IMG/VR virus record: IMGVR_UViG_3300032284_000540
Location: 1-55,448 of that record
Direction: 5' to 3' (one strand)
Length of the DNA: 55,448 nt
Source of the DNA: a virus
Taxonomy: Duplodnaviria; Caudoviricetes
Shown: one piece after another, positions 47,886 through 55,448 of the stretch
Position numbering within the stretch: the first letter of the stretch is position 1
Layout of the letters: the number at the start of each line of letters is the position of its first letter
Notes under the pieces: model-generated
Databases searched by the model: none
Told to the model about the DNA's origin: nothing
Seen by the model: only the letters and a program-made list of their open reading frames with translations
Made by a program: the position numbers and the translations under genes

Positions 47886-48159
47886 CTGGAATCTTTCTCT
47901 TGAACATCGAAGAAAACTTCTTTAGTCTCTTCTTTGACAAGTCTAAGAGAGGATCGTACGTTTGAACGGGGCCAGAAGTAGAAGAAGAAGCTCCCATAGC
48001 ATTGATAGGAACCGCAGATTCCGTCTCGTTAACTACTTTCTTATCACGGTTCCTATCATATACTTTCTTATTCTTTACTACGCGCTTAGCAAAGCGTGCA
48101 TCTTTGAATAGCTCTATAGCTCTTCGTGCAGTCCTGTCTTTCTTCTTCTTGGCCATCAT
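47872..48159 (-). CDS. Small basic protein with ArfA-like N-terminal segment
   Basis: AIELFKDARFAKRVVKNKKVYDR resembles ArfA [27 protein letters not shown]. Confidence 0.55.
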   Translation of the reverse strand: MMAKKKKDRTARRAIELFKDARFAKRVVKNKKVYDRNRDKKVVNETESAVPINAMGASSSTSGPVQTYDPLLDLSKKRLKKFSSMFKRKIPDGSQ

Positions 48160-48545
48160 ATCTTCCTTAGTTGCTTTATTATATAGCCGTCTATAGGGAT
48201 CAATGCCATATCGATAATTTTCTCGTCTCGAATATTATACATCTTATCCGGCATGATATTTATCATAATCATAAACGGGATGATATAGCTAAAATAGTCT
48301 TTCATCTTCAAGTATAGTATCCTGCAGAGATGTGGTGGTTTGAATACGTTATTCAATACTATAAGATGATTTAGTATAAGCCTTTCTTTAAGCTCTTTGT
48401 TCTCTATATATCTAGTCAATAACTTCTTGATATACTTTAGTCTCTTAAGATCTTCTAAGAACTCGTCAGTAGAATGACACTGTGGATTATCATAGTGTCT
48501 AGCGGCGTATATCAAAAAATTATCATCATTCAAAGGTTCGAACAT
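48156..48545 (-). CDS. Conserved T4-like hypothetical protein
   Basis: LN.DNF..YA..HYDNPQC...EF.EDLKR.KYIK.L...LKERLILNH.IVL.NVF. Confidence 0.85.
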   Translation of the reverse strand: MFEPLNDDNFLIYAARHYDNPQCHSTDEFLEDLKRLKYIKKLLTRYIENKELKERLILNHLIVLNNVFKPPHLCRILYLKMKDYFSYIIPFMIMINIMPDKMYNIRDEKIIDMALIPIDGYIIKQLRKI

Positions 48546-48549
48546 ACTG

Positions 48550-49233
48550 TTATGATAATCTTATCTTTACGTTTCCATTGGTGTCGTAGTATAGACTCTT
48601 TACTGCTACTCCACCGGCAGCTGCTGTAGTAGAATTAGCATATGGGCCTACAATATTATAGGCTGTTTTTTGTGTTGTTCCATCAGGCCACAATAGACCG
48701 AAATTATTATCTTCTGAAAAGAATTCCCAACCAAGAGTTTTACCTGGAAAAAGAGTTGTGTTACTATTTGGTAATTGCACAATAAATGAAATATTATTAT
48801 AGTTATTCGAAGAACTATTCGAATAACCGGCAAGATATGCATATCCTGTTGTATTTGAATTTGAGGCATTACCATCAAGGCTGTATGTGAGACTTACATA
48901 TGATGTGATGTCTGTATTAGGAGCATATGTAGTATTTGCATTCACATAACCGTATAAGTCTATACCAGATGAAGGATTATTTTCAATATAATTGCCGATT
49001 AAGCCACCGCCGGGCAATTCTACATTTCCATTTGCATCAACTGTTAGCGATTTATTATTGCTATTCTTGATACTAGAACTAGAAATGGATATCGCGTTAA
49101 CAAAGTTGTTAACGGTTATGGTGCGCGTTGACGGAGCTGATGTATTTGCTTGATAGAGCACCACTAGACGATCGGTAGCTACCACGGTATTAGTCTGTGG
49201 TAGCCCCGAAGTCGTGGTTACATTATTGGCCAT
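48550..49233 (-). CDS. Putative virion structural/fibre-like protein
   Basis: N/S/T-rich; WPDGTTQKTA and AAAGGVAV..LYY...G.VKIR motifs. Confidence 0.65.
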   Translation of the reverse strand: MANNVTTTSGLPQTNTVVATDRLVVLYQANTSAPSTRTITVNNFVNAISISSSSIKNSNNKSLTVDANGNVELPGGGLIGNYIENNPSSGIDLYGYVNANTTYAPNTDITSYVSLTYSLDGNASNSNTTGYAYLAGYSNSSSNNYNNISFIVQLPNSNTTLFPGKTLGWEFFSEDNNFGLLWPDGTTQKTAYNIVGPYANSTTAAAGGVAVKSLYYDTNGNVKIRLS

Positions 49234-49252
49234 AACAAACTATCCTTGGCTA

Positions 49253-50248
49253 TTAAGTGCCAGGATAGAACGTGTTATCCGATGTAGCGTCTACCACTGT
49301 AGTCGTCAAGCCCGCAACACCCGTAGACGAGGTAGTATTCGCACCGAGAGATCCGTACGCCACTAGTGTTTCGGTCTGTACTCTACCAGATCTTCCTCCG
49401 AGAGTGACTGTAATAGTGCCACCGGTAGAGTTGGCTAGAGTACCCGAGAAAATGGCGCCGCTTCCTGCGGATGCAGCTCCGTTAGCTGCCAGTGCTGTAA
49501 ACAAGATGCTGCCGTTTATGGCGGCGTTCGTGAACAAGCCGGCATTGGTGATAGTCACGTTAGCCGTGACGAAACCACCCGTCGAGTTGGTAGAGATCGA
49601 AGCTGCGCCGTTCGAGATGCCTACGGTGCTGTTCGACAGCACGATGACGTCTGTGTTATTATATCCGGTAGGCGAGCCAGACACTGTGATAGAAGCTACG
49701 TGCTTCTCTCTGTCGAAAGACGAAGTGATGCTAGTGCTGTTAACGAAACCGCTACCTGCATTATTGACCGTGGCTGTAGATAAGCCACCAGTGGTGTTAG
49801 TAGTAATGAAAGCTGTCGCGTTGACTTCACCACCAGAGACCGTGATAGTCTCATTGTTCTGGAATCCAGAACCGCCAGAGACTGCGATAGATACGACCGG
49901 ACCGGTTCCGGCTTTGCGGAACACCCATCCAGCATGCGCCGGCCGCTCTTTAGAGTTGTTAGCAATATTATTGCTCATCTCAGTAACAGATACACCGAAC
50001 ACACCCGTAGCCAGGTTGGTAATAAACGCACCCGGAGTAGAGTTATTGAAGAGGTTGGAGTCTACGTTTGCTCTGGAACCAGGTGAAGTATTTCCGAAGT
50101 GCGCGTTGGCGGCCATCGAAACAAAATTGTCTCCGTTACCGCTACCCTTTACTAGGGCGTATACTCCCATCGGAGCGCCCGTCGACGTCTCGATCGTCGT
50201 GGTGCTATTGGCTGTTACGGCCTGATCGTTTCTACCCCATTGCGCCAT
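49253..50248 (-). CDS. Virion structural protein (MAQWG...HAGWV...RVQTETLVA family)
   Basis: Characteristic terminal motifs; late promoter elements at about 50279-50292. Confidence 0.75.
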   Translation of the reverse strand: MAQWGRNDQAVTANSTTTIETSTGAPMGVYALVKGSGNGDNFVSMAANAHFGNTSPGSRANVDSNLFNNSTPGAFITNLATGVFGVSVTEMSNNIANNSKERPAHAGWVFRKAGTGPVVSIAVSGGSGFQNNETITVSGGEVNATAFITTNTTGGLSTATVNNAGSGFVNSTSITSSFDREKHVASITVSGSPTGYNNTDVIVLSNSTVGISNGAASISTNSTGGFVTANVTITNAGLFTNAAINGSILFTALAANGAASAGSGAIFSGTLANSTGGTITVTLGGRSGRVQTETLVAYGSLGANTTSSTGVAGLTTTVVDATSDNTFYPGT

Positions 50249-50297
50249 CTTTTATCTCCTGAAAGAAATTCTTTGTGTTATTTATATTTATGATGAC

Positions 50298-50465
50298 TCA
50301 ATCGGATATAGAGTAGTCGGCTGTGTCATGGGTGACTCCTACGCCAGACTGGTCCTGATTGGCACCCTTTAAAGGGGAAGAGACCGACGTCGGAGGCGAC
50401 GGCTCGGTCTTTCCCTTCTTCTTGTTCTTTTTAGCTTCGAGGATTATCCTAGACAGTCTTCTCAT
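50298..50465 (-). CDS. 55-aa hypothetical protein (below ORF-track cutoff)
   Basis: MRRLSRIILEAKKNKKKGKTEPSPPTSVSSPLKGANQDQSGVGVTHDTADYSISD*; its ATG overlaps the upstream TAA. Confidence 0.55.
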   Translation of the reverse strand: MRRLSRIILEAKKNKKKGKTEPSPPTSVSSPLKGANQDQSGVGVTHDTADYSISD

Positions 50466-51688
50466 TAGGTTCCAGTAGCTGCCTTGAACGAGGCGTGTGA
50501 ATGAGCTAGCTGCTTGGCGTACTCTTCTTTGTCAGAAGCTTTCTTCATGTTGTTATGCATCTGCAGGGCATGGGCAGCATGCTTAGGCTCGATATGATGC
50601 TTCTCGCCGTTGTTGAACTCTACGGGCTTGGCGCCACGAAGAGAGACGGTCTTGCGTAGCTGCATAACGATATGCTCCGGGCTCTTGTCAGTAGAGGGGT
50701 CATACTCTTCCGGATCTTTATCGTCATCGTGAGCTTCATTCATCTTAGCCACGATACGGGCAGTCTCCTCGTCGGAGAGAGCTACCTCTTCTTTATGAAG
50801 TTTCTTCGACGCCATCTCGATACCCTTGTCTCTAGACGACTTTACCTTCTCAGGCGGCAACGCAGCCACTTTCTTTACGTATGAGGTTAGTGTAGACTTG
50901 CTTACCTCGTCGACCTGATCGACTTCTTCCGTAGCTTTTACTCTCGGCTCAGATGTGCCATAATTTTTGTCACCCCACTTCTTTTTAAGAGCTAATGCTC
51001 TACCAGCCTTACGTGAGCTTGAGTCTTTTGTTTTATCTATATAACGCGATGCTAGGCCACGCGAAATCTCGTCAACCTGTTCGACTTCTTCCGTAGCTAG
51101 CTTGTCATCTGTCTTAGGGTTCATGACGACTGGTGTCTTTCCACCCGTGATCTTCTTATCGTCTGTATCTTTGACGTCTTTCTTTTCCATCACTGACTGT
51201 GCAGCAGCGATTAGCGACTTTGGTAGACCGAAATTCTTTTCTGAGTTCATGACTTCTTCCTCGTCTATTATTTTTGTTTTGATTTCTGCTTGTTTCGACA
51301 ACTTTGACTTAGAACTGAACGGAGTAGGAGCCGTAGTTGGACGACCGACGTTCTCTATCTTACGGCGCTCGATCGTGCCAGAAGCTTCTTTGGCTTCGAT
51401 GACATCTTCTTCTTCTTTGATAGGAGAGTCGGCTTTTCTCTTCTCTTCGTCTTTCTTTCGCTGTTCGATCTCGGTTTCTTTCTTCTTCTGAGAATCTTCG
51501 GCCTGCTTAGCGGCGGCAAGTTCTTGGCTAGTGTTCCTAGCTGCTCCTACTTTTAGAGCGTGAGAAGAGCTACCCTTGTTATACGTAGAACGAAACTTTG
51601 AATCCGTTCCTACGCTCTTAGCCTGTGCAGTAGAAGTGGCTTCTAACAAATCACGGATGGCGTGTTCTAGGCTTCGAGTATCAGACAT
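50465..51688 (-). CDS. Internal head protein-like modular protein
   Basis: Highly charged; repeated (I/L/V)-x-E sites and EEVEQVDE/EEVDQVDE linkers. Confidence 0.65.
   Translation of the reverse strand: MSDTRSLEHAIRDLLEATSTAQAKSVGTDSKFRSTYNKGSSSHALKVGAARNTSQELAAAKQAEDSQKKKETEIEQRKKDEEKRKADSPIKEEEDVIEAKEASGTIERRKIENVGRPTTAPTPFSSKSKLSKQAEIKTKIIDEEEVMNSEKNFGLPKSLIAAAQSVMEKKDVKDTDDKKITGGKTPVVMNPKTDDKLATEEVEQVDEISRGLASRYIDKTKDSSSRKAGRALALKKKWGDKNYGTSEPRVKATEEVDQVDEVSKSTLTSYVKKVAALPPEKVKSSRDKGIEMASKKLHKEEVALSDEETARIVAKMNEAHDDDKDPEEYDPSTDKSPEHIVMQLRKTVSLRGAKPVEFNNGEKHHIEPKHAAHALQMHNNMKKASDKEEYAKQLAHSHASFKAATGT
50906..51098 (+). repeat. 31-nt direct repeat pair (29/31 identical)
   Basis: Copies at 50906-50936 and 51068-51098, 162 nt apart, encoding ATEEV(E/D)QVDE. 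Confidence 0.85.
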
Positions 51689-51690
51689 CT

Positions 51691-52128
51691 TTAGACCTTT
51701 ACTATAGACCGGAGCATCCAGTCATGTTTGAAATGTACGTCTATTCTCTCTTCTATAAAGTTCACTATGCCGTGAGCTTTTTCAGCTACTCCTAGCTCGT
51801 GCGCTTTCTCTAACGAAGAGATTACTTTCTTGTTATCTTCTAGAAGCTTTTTGATCATCGACATGGCTTCCGGAACGTTAAGTTCATCTTCTATGCTAGA
51901 GAGCTCTTTGAAACGTGTAAATGAACCCGGCACGTATGCATTCAATGTCCTGATATGTTCTGCTACAGAGTCTACGGCTTCGAATAGTTCATCATATAAG
52001 TCATTGAGAAACTTATGATACTGAGGAAAGTTGGGGCCCTCGATGTTCCAATGAAAGTTGTGTGCCTTAAGATATAGAGCAAACGTATCTGCCAATACCA
52101 CTTTCATCTGTCCTATCAATTTTTCCAT
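51691..52128 (-). CDS. dps: Dps / ferritin-like DNA-protection protein
   Basis: HNFHWNIEG..F..YH...Y.E....D.VAE.IR and H..WML motifs. Confidence 0.93.
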   Translation of the reverse strand: MEKLIGQMKVVLADTFALYLKAHNFHWNIEGPNFPQYHKFLNDLYDELFEAVDSVAEHIRTLNAYVPGSFTRFKELSSIEDELNVPEAMSMIKKLLEDNKKVISSLEKAHELGVAEKAHGIVNFIEERIDVHFKHDWMLRSIVKV

Positions 52129-52130
52129 AA

Positions 52131-52421
52131 CTAGCAGCTCCAAGCTCTACGAGACCAGTAGTTGGCGCTGGTCTTCTTCGTAAGATTTCCTTGACCAGAA
52201 GAACGAGCGCAGTATGACTTCTTTCTAGCTGGGATATTTTTCTTGATACTTAAGTGCTTATCACCGAAGTTGACTTTCTTGATGTTTCCAGTATTCGGGT
52301 CTTTCACGAATACCTTAGACTTCTTGACGTCGCCCTTCATCGGCTTGTTAAGAGGCACGTCCCGGCCATGATACTTGGCTTCGAACAGTGTCTTCTTAAT
52401 AGTTTCTAGAGTGGAACTCAT
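52131..52421 (-). CDS. Small basic conserved phage protein
   Basis: EAKYHG..V.LNKP...KVFVK....KKVNFGD...ARKKSYCAR...SANYWS...W. Confidence 0.75.
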   Translation of the reverse strand: MSSTLETIKKTLFEAKYHGRDVPLNKPMKGDVKKSKVFVKDPNTGNIKKVNFGDKHLSIKKNIPARKKSYCARSSGQGNLTKKTSANYWSRRAWSC

Positions 52422-52445
52422 GTATTTCCTAATGTTTACATCTAT

Positions 52446-52847
52446 TTATCGTTGCCCGGGTGTCGACTTTTTATAGATCCTGACCAGTGAATCAGTAGAA
52501 TCGAAGCGAGAATCAGAGTCGTTCGGGTCTTTAGACTGCGGTTCTACAGTCTCTCCGGTCTTAAAATGATCCGAAGTCTCATGAGGCGTCTTTAACCTAG
52601 CGTGCTTGTTTATCTTGGCTATCAGCTTGGCTCTATGCAGGGAGTTGTTTCTGGCTTCGGTATAGACTAGTCTTGACGCTTCTGGCGGCGCAATTTCATC
52701 TTCTTTTATAGACTTAGAATTCTTAAGATCGGCCGCTGTCGGCCTGCCCTTCTCGCCCGGTCTGCGCATGCGCTCGCCGGAACCGTGCTTGATCCTCTCC
52801 TGCTTGGCATGAATGTTATCCCAGAGGCCTCTTTTTTCATCTAGCAT
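52446..52847 (-). CDS. Small basic hypothetical (internal head-like) protein
   Basis: GLWDNIHAKQERIKHGSGERMRRPG.KG.PT and C-terminal YKKSTPGQ motifs. Confidence 0.7.
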   Translation of the reverse strand: MLDEKRGLWDNIHAKQERIKHGSGERMRRPGEKGRPTAADLKNSKSIKEDEIAPPEASRLVYTEARNNSLHRAKLIAKINKHARLKTPHETSDHFKTGETVEPQSKDPNDSDSRFDSTDSLVRIYKKSTPGQR

Positions 52848-52857
52848 CTTCGTTCTC

Positions 52858-54474
52858 TTATAGTGATTCTGTTAAGTTCCATGTACATACTATATTGGCG
52901 GCCGAGCCGCCAGCTACCAGCTGTCTTATACCAAGAGTAAGAGTAAACGGATTCCCGTTTATGTCTGAACCGACGTTAAATTCTCCCGGAAAACTGTTGA
53001 ATGATTGTAGAGCTGCGGCAGAATCTGTTAGACCGGAAAGGAGCACGGATCCTCCCGTCATAGTAGCATTGTTTGCCCAATTCCAGTATTGGCTGGCTCT
53101 TCCTATGTTAGCAGTATTAACTGCTCCGTTGCCGTTATAAGCGTAAGTAGAGTTAACGTTGGCGTTAAGTATTACCTCATACAAGAAAGTACCGGGAGTA
53201 GAATTTTTTCCTTGGTTGTTCGTATCTATGATAGAAATATCACTCGGATTTATGCTCGATCTATTATAGGGAGAACCCGAACGCAGTCCTATAGTCATTA
53301 GCGGAGTGAGGCTTCCGGCTGGAACATACCCGTTTATATTCACGGCAGTCGTGGGAGAAGGATTTACCGTAGATACGGTCTCGGACTGATAAGTAACCCC
53401 CGTCATATTGAAGACTGGAGCGGTCGTCTGAGCAGCAGTGTTTAAGATCTCTCTTCTAAGAGGAAGACTTCCTTCAGTGACGAAAGGAATATTTAGAGTA
53501 CCTGTATAAGACTGAACGTGTGTTATCTGTGGACCGATCGGAGATCCTATACCGAATCTGATTCTTCCGGTACGACCCCCGATAAAGTCGAACCAGAAAG
53601 TATAGTATTCATTTAAGCCGGAAGAGAATATATTCATTCCGGACGGTCCGGTACCGTCTAGCTTATCAGTATTAAAACTATTAGCGTATACTCTATCTTC
53701 TACAATATTCCCGTTAGCCTGTGTCCTTCTTATGACTACTGCTATGGTATTAGCTGTTTGTTCCCAGAACAAACCGGCAGCGGTATCGAATAAGCCAGTT
53801 CTTCTAGTGACTCCCGTCTCAGTGGAGTTAGCAGAAAAATTTACGGAAGAGTATACTACGTGCGAAGTACCCGGAATTATAGAATACTTTTGAGTAGTCT
53901 GTCTATAGACGTAAGAGTTTATCGTGTTACCTGGAGTCATTTGAATCTCTCCAGTATTAGCCATGAAAGACGATCCTGCTCCAGATCCGGAAGAAGCTTC
54001 CGACCATCTTAAAACGGTGTCGTCGTCTACTAAGGGCGTGAACCAGTTCTGAGTCAGTGTGCTAGAAACACGTATCTTCGTCAGAGCGTCTGTCGACCAG
54101 GTAGGAGCAGCTTGCGTATAGACATAGCTAGTAGTATTAGACAGTATCTTTACTGTCTGGTTGGCAAAGGATACGTTCTGAGTTACTGGAAAATTGTTTA
54201 CGGTTAAGTTGGCTGTTATACCAGCCAAGTTTCCAGATATATTCACGGTCTGGTTGGCAAAGGATACGTTCTGAGTTACTGGAAAATTGCTTATTGCTAC
54301 CGTGGTACCGATGTTGACATTACCCGTTATGGTAATAGTATTACTGCCGAGAGTTACAGGAAGAGGATTAGTATTGCTTATAACAGAACCGTTATTAGAA
54401 GCAAGCATCATAGTCTCGAATAGAGTCTTGTTTCCAGCTTGGAAGTTTCCGTTAGCAGAATTAAACGTAGCCAT
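52858..54474 (-). CDS. Putative virion structural protein (beta-sandwich/lectin-like)
   Basis: 538 aa, S/T/N-rich; FNTDKLDGTGPSG and G.IRFG motifs; ends W..E. Confidence 0.7.
   Translation of the reverse strand: MATFNSANGNFQAGNKTLFETMMLASNNGSVISNTNPLPVTLGSNTITITGNVNIGTTVAISNFPVTQNVSFANQTVNISGNLAGITANLTVNNFPVTQNVSFANQTVKILSNTTSYVYTQAAPTWSTDALTKIRVSSTLTQNWFTPLVDDDTVLRWSEASSGSGAGSSFMANTGEIQMTPGNTINSYVYRQTTQKYSIIPGTSHVVYSSVNFSANSTETGVTRRTGLFDTAAGLFWEQTANTIAVVIRRTQANGNIVEDRVYANSFNTDKLDGTGPSGMNIFSSGLNEYYTFWFDFIGGRTGRIRFGIGSPIGPQITHVQSYTGTLNIPFVTEGSLPLRREILNTAAQTTAPVFNMTGVTYQSETVSTVNPSPTTAVNINGYVPAGSLTPLMTIGLRSGSPYNRSSINPSDISIIDTNNQGKNSTPGTFLYEVILNANVNSTYAYNGNGAVNTANIGRASQYWNWANNATMTGGSVLLSGLTDSAAALQSFNSFPGEFNVGSDINGNPFTLTLGIRQLVAGGSAANIVCTWNLTESL
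54155..54289 (+). repeat. Perfect 42-nt direct repeat inside the CDS
   Basis: 54155-54196 is identical to 54248-54289; encodes NFPVTQNVSFANQT twice. Confidence 0.9.
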
Positions 54475-54477
54475 GAC

Positions 54478-55101
54478 CTACTTCTCCATAGAATTTTTTA
54501 CGTCATGGAATAACTCTTTAGCATGTTCATGAGAGACGTGATCAGGAACACCTTTACGAAATTCTTTGAAGTTATTGTTCTTGGCATGCTCGCGCATCTT
54601 CGATGCAGACATGCCCTCTGCTCCTTCTGCATCAGGATCTCTATGACCGGCAGACACCACACTAATCTTCTTGAAACTATAGGGTATCTTTCCTGACTTG
54701 TCTGGCTTCCCGTTATAAGTATGCAGCAGCTTCTCGTACTCTGGGACTCTGTCGGACCCTGCTACCATTATTAGATGATCATGACCAGCTTTGTTTAGAC
54801 GAGCGGCATGATGTAATAGAGTAGGCTCGTTCTTTGTAGCAGCTTTTATATTAGTGTGCGGAAAGAACCTCTTGGCGTGCTTCACTTTAGTCTTGGGATC
54901 TAGCGGGTTCTTCTTCTTGTCCTGCGACCCGGATAGCACGACTTCATGATACGCCCCGTGCTTCTTTGCTAAGTCGTGTACTTTGTTAACTAGAACTTGA
55001 TGTCCTGTAGTAGGAGGATTCATGCGGCCGAAAGCAAACACTACCGGCTTCTTCGGCTTATCTTCTTCCTCTTCTACTATGAAATGTTTAAACTTCTTCA
55101 T
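54478..55101 (-). CDS. HIGH-class nucleotidyltransferase (cytidyltransferase/NMNAT-like)
   Basis: FGRMNPPTTGH, KNPL, VAGSDR and SAG.RDPDAEG..GMSASKMR motifs. Confidence 0.88.
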   Translation of the reverse strand: MKKFKHFIVEEEEDKPKKPVVFAFGRMNPPTTGHQVLVNKVHDLAKKHGAYHEVVLSGSQDKKKNPLDPKTKVKHAKRFFPHTNIKAATKNEPTLLHHAARLNKAGHDHLIMVAGSDRVPEYEKLLHTYNGKPDKSGKIPYSFKKISVVSAGHRDPDAEGAEGMSASKMREHAKNNNFKEFRKGVPDHVSHEHAKELFHDVKNSMEK

Positions 55102-55448
55102 TTCCTTGAGATTCTTTCTTCGCCTGCTGCATCTTACCAGCCAGGAAATTCTGGCGCGAGAACTGCTTCCTATTTACAAATTTTGACATGTCGCCGTTCT
55201 TCGTCACTGCTACTGCACCTTCCGGTCCGGTCTTGGCTCCGCCGATGCTATGTTCGAACTCTTGATTCTTAGCCATGACGTTAGTCAGCACATCTTTCGC
55301 GTCTTGTAGATGTTTATGAAGCTGCAAAGCTTGATCAAAGTCTTTCTTATGATTAGTAACATGCTTTATAGTATCAGACAGCTTCTCTCTCTTCTGCTGC
55401 TTACTCTTTTCTGTCTTAACCTTATCTATCTCTTTCTGACCCTTATTA
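55088..55448 (-). CDS. DUF6267-like protein, C-terminal part (start lies beyond window)
   Basis: Frame is open to the window edge (NKGQKEIDKVKTEKSK...); C-terminal PEG.V......KFVNR..FS..NF; usual partner of the nucleotidyltransferase. Confidence 0.7.
   Translation of the reverse strand, partial: NKGQKEIDKVKTEKSKQQKREKLSDTIKHVTNHKKDFDQALQLHKHLQDAKDVLTNVMAKNQEFEHSIGGAKTGPEGAVAVTKNGDMSKFVNRKQFSRQNFLAGKMQQAKKESQGNEEV

Noticed and set aside
49272-50225. 317-aa plus-strand ORF
   Set aside because: Antisense mirror of a Thr/Ser/Asn/Gly-rich structural gene.
49253-50248. Many N-x-S/T sequons suggesting N-glycosylated virion proteins
   Set aside because: Largely expected from the very high Asn/Ser/Thr content; enrichment cannot be shown without computation.
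1-55448. Stop-codon reassignment
   Set aside because: TAG (gp6, gp8), TGA (gp26) and TAA all end conserved genes at their expected C-termini, and core genes are not fragmented.

Overview
This is a 55.4 kb segment of a large T4-like (Tevenvirinae/Kyanoviridae-like) myophage genome read with the standard genetic code. Positions 1-25.9 kb hold the baseplate and tail module: a partial fibre gene, a split DUF4815/VrlC-like pair, gp8, gp7, gp6, gp25, split gp5, a hub protein, gp53, gp48, then divergently gp4, gp2, gp54-like, gp26, gp51 and a tape-measure-like protein with two lytic domains. Positions 26-47.5 kb hold replication, nucleotide-metabolism and accessory genes: gp32, gp59, gp33, a P-loop kinase, a 2OG-Fe(II) oxygenase, DUF932, an exonuclease, PhoH, RNase H, two glycosyltransferases, SpeD-like, glutaredoxin, an aminoacyl-tRNA:protein transferase-like GNAT, tRNA-Gly, HNH and GIY-YIG nucleases, nrdAB, thyX and primase. 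Positions 47.5-55.4 kb hold virion/internal head proteins, Dps, a nucleotidyltransferase and a partial DUF6267-like gene. Five near-identical early promoters and many T4-type late promoters are visible. The most interesting signals are (1) a probable -1 ribosomal frameshift fusing gp26 to a start-less gp51, (2) a pseudoknotted ~110-nt RNA element upstream of gp33, (3) an ArfA-like ribosome-rescue domain, (4) an ATE/Bpt-like aminoacyl transferase near a tRNA, and (5) a cluster of apparently capsid-packaged, protease-processed cargo proteins. All family calls come from motif recognition and synteny by eye; no database searches were run.
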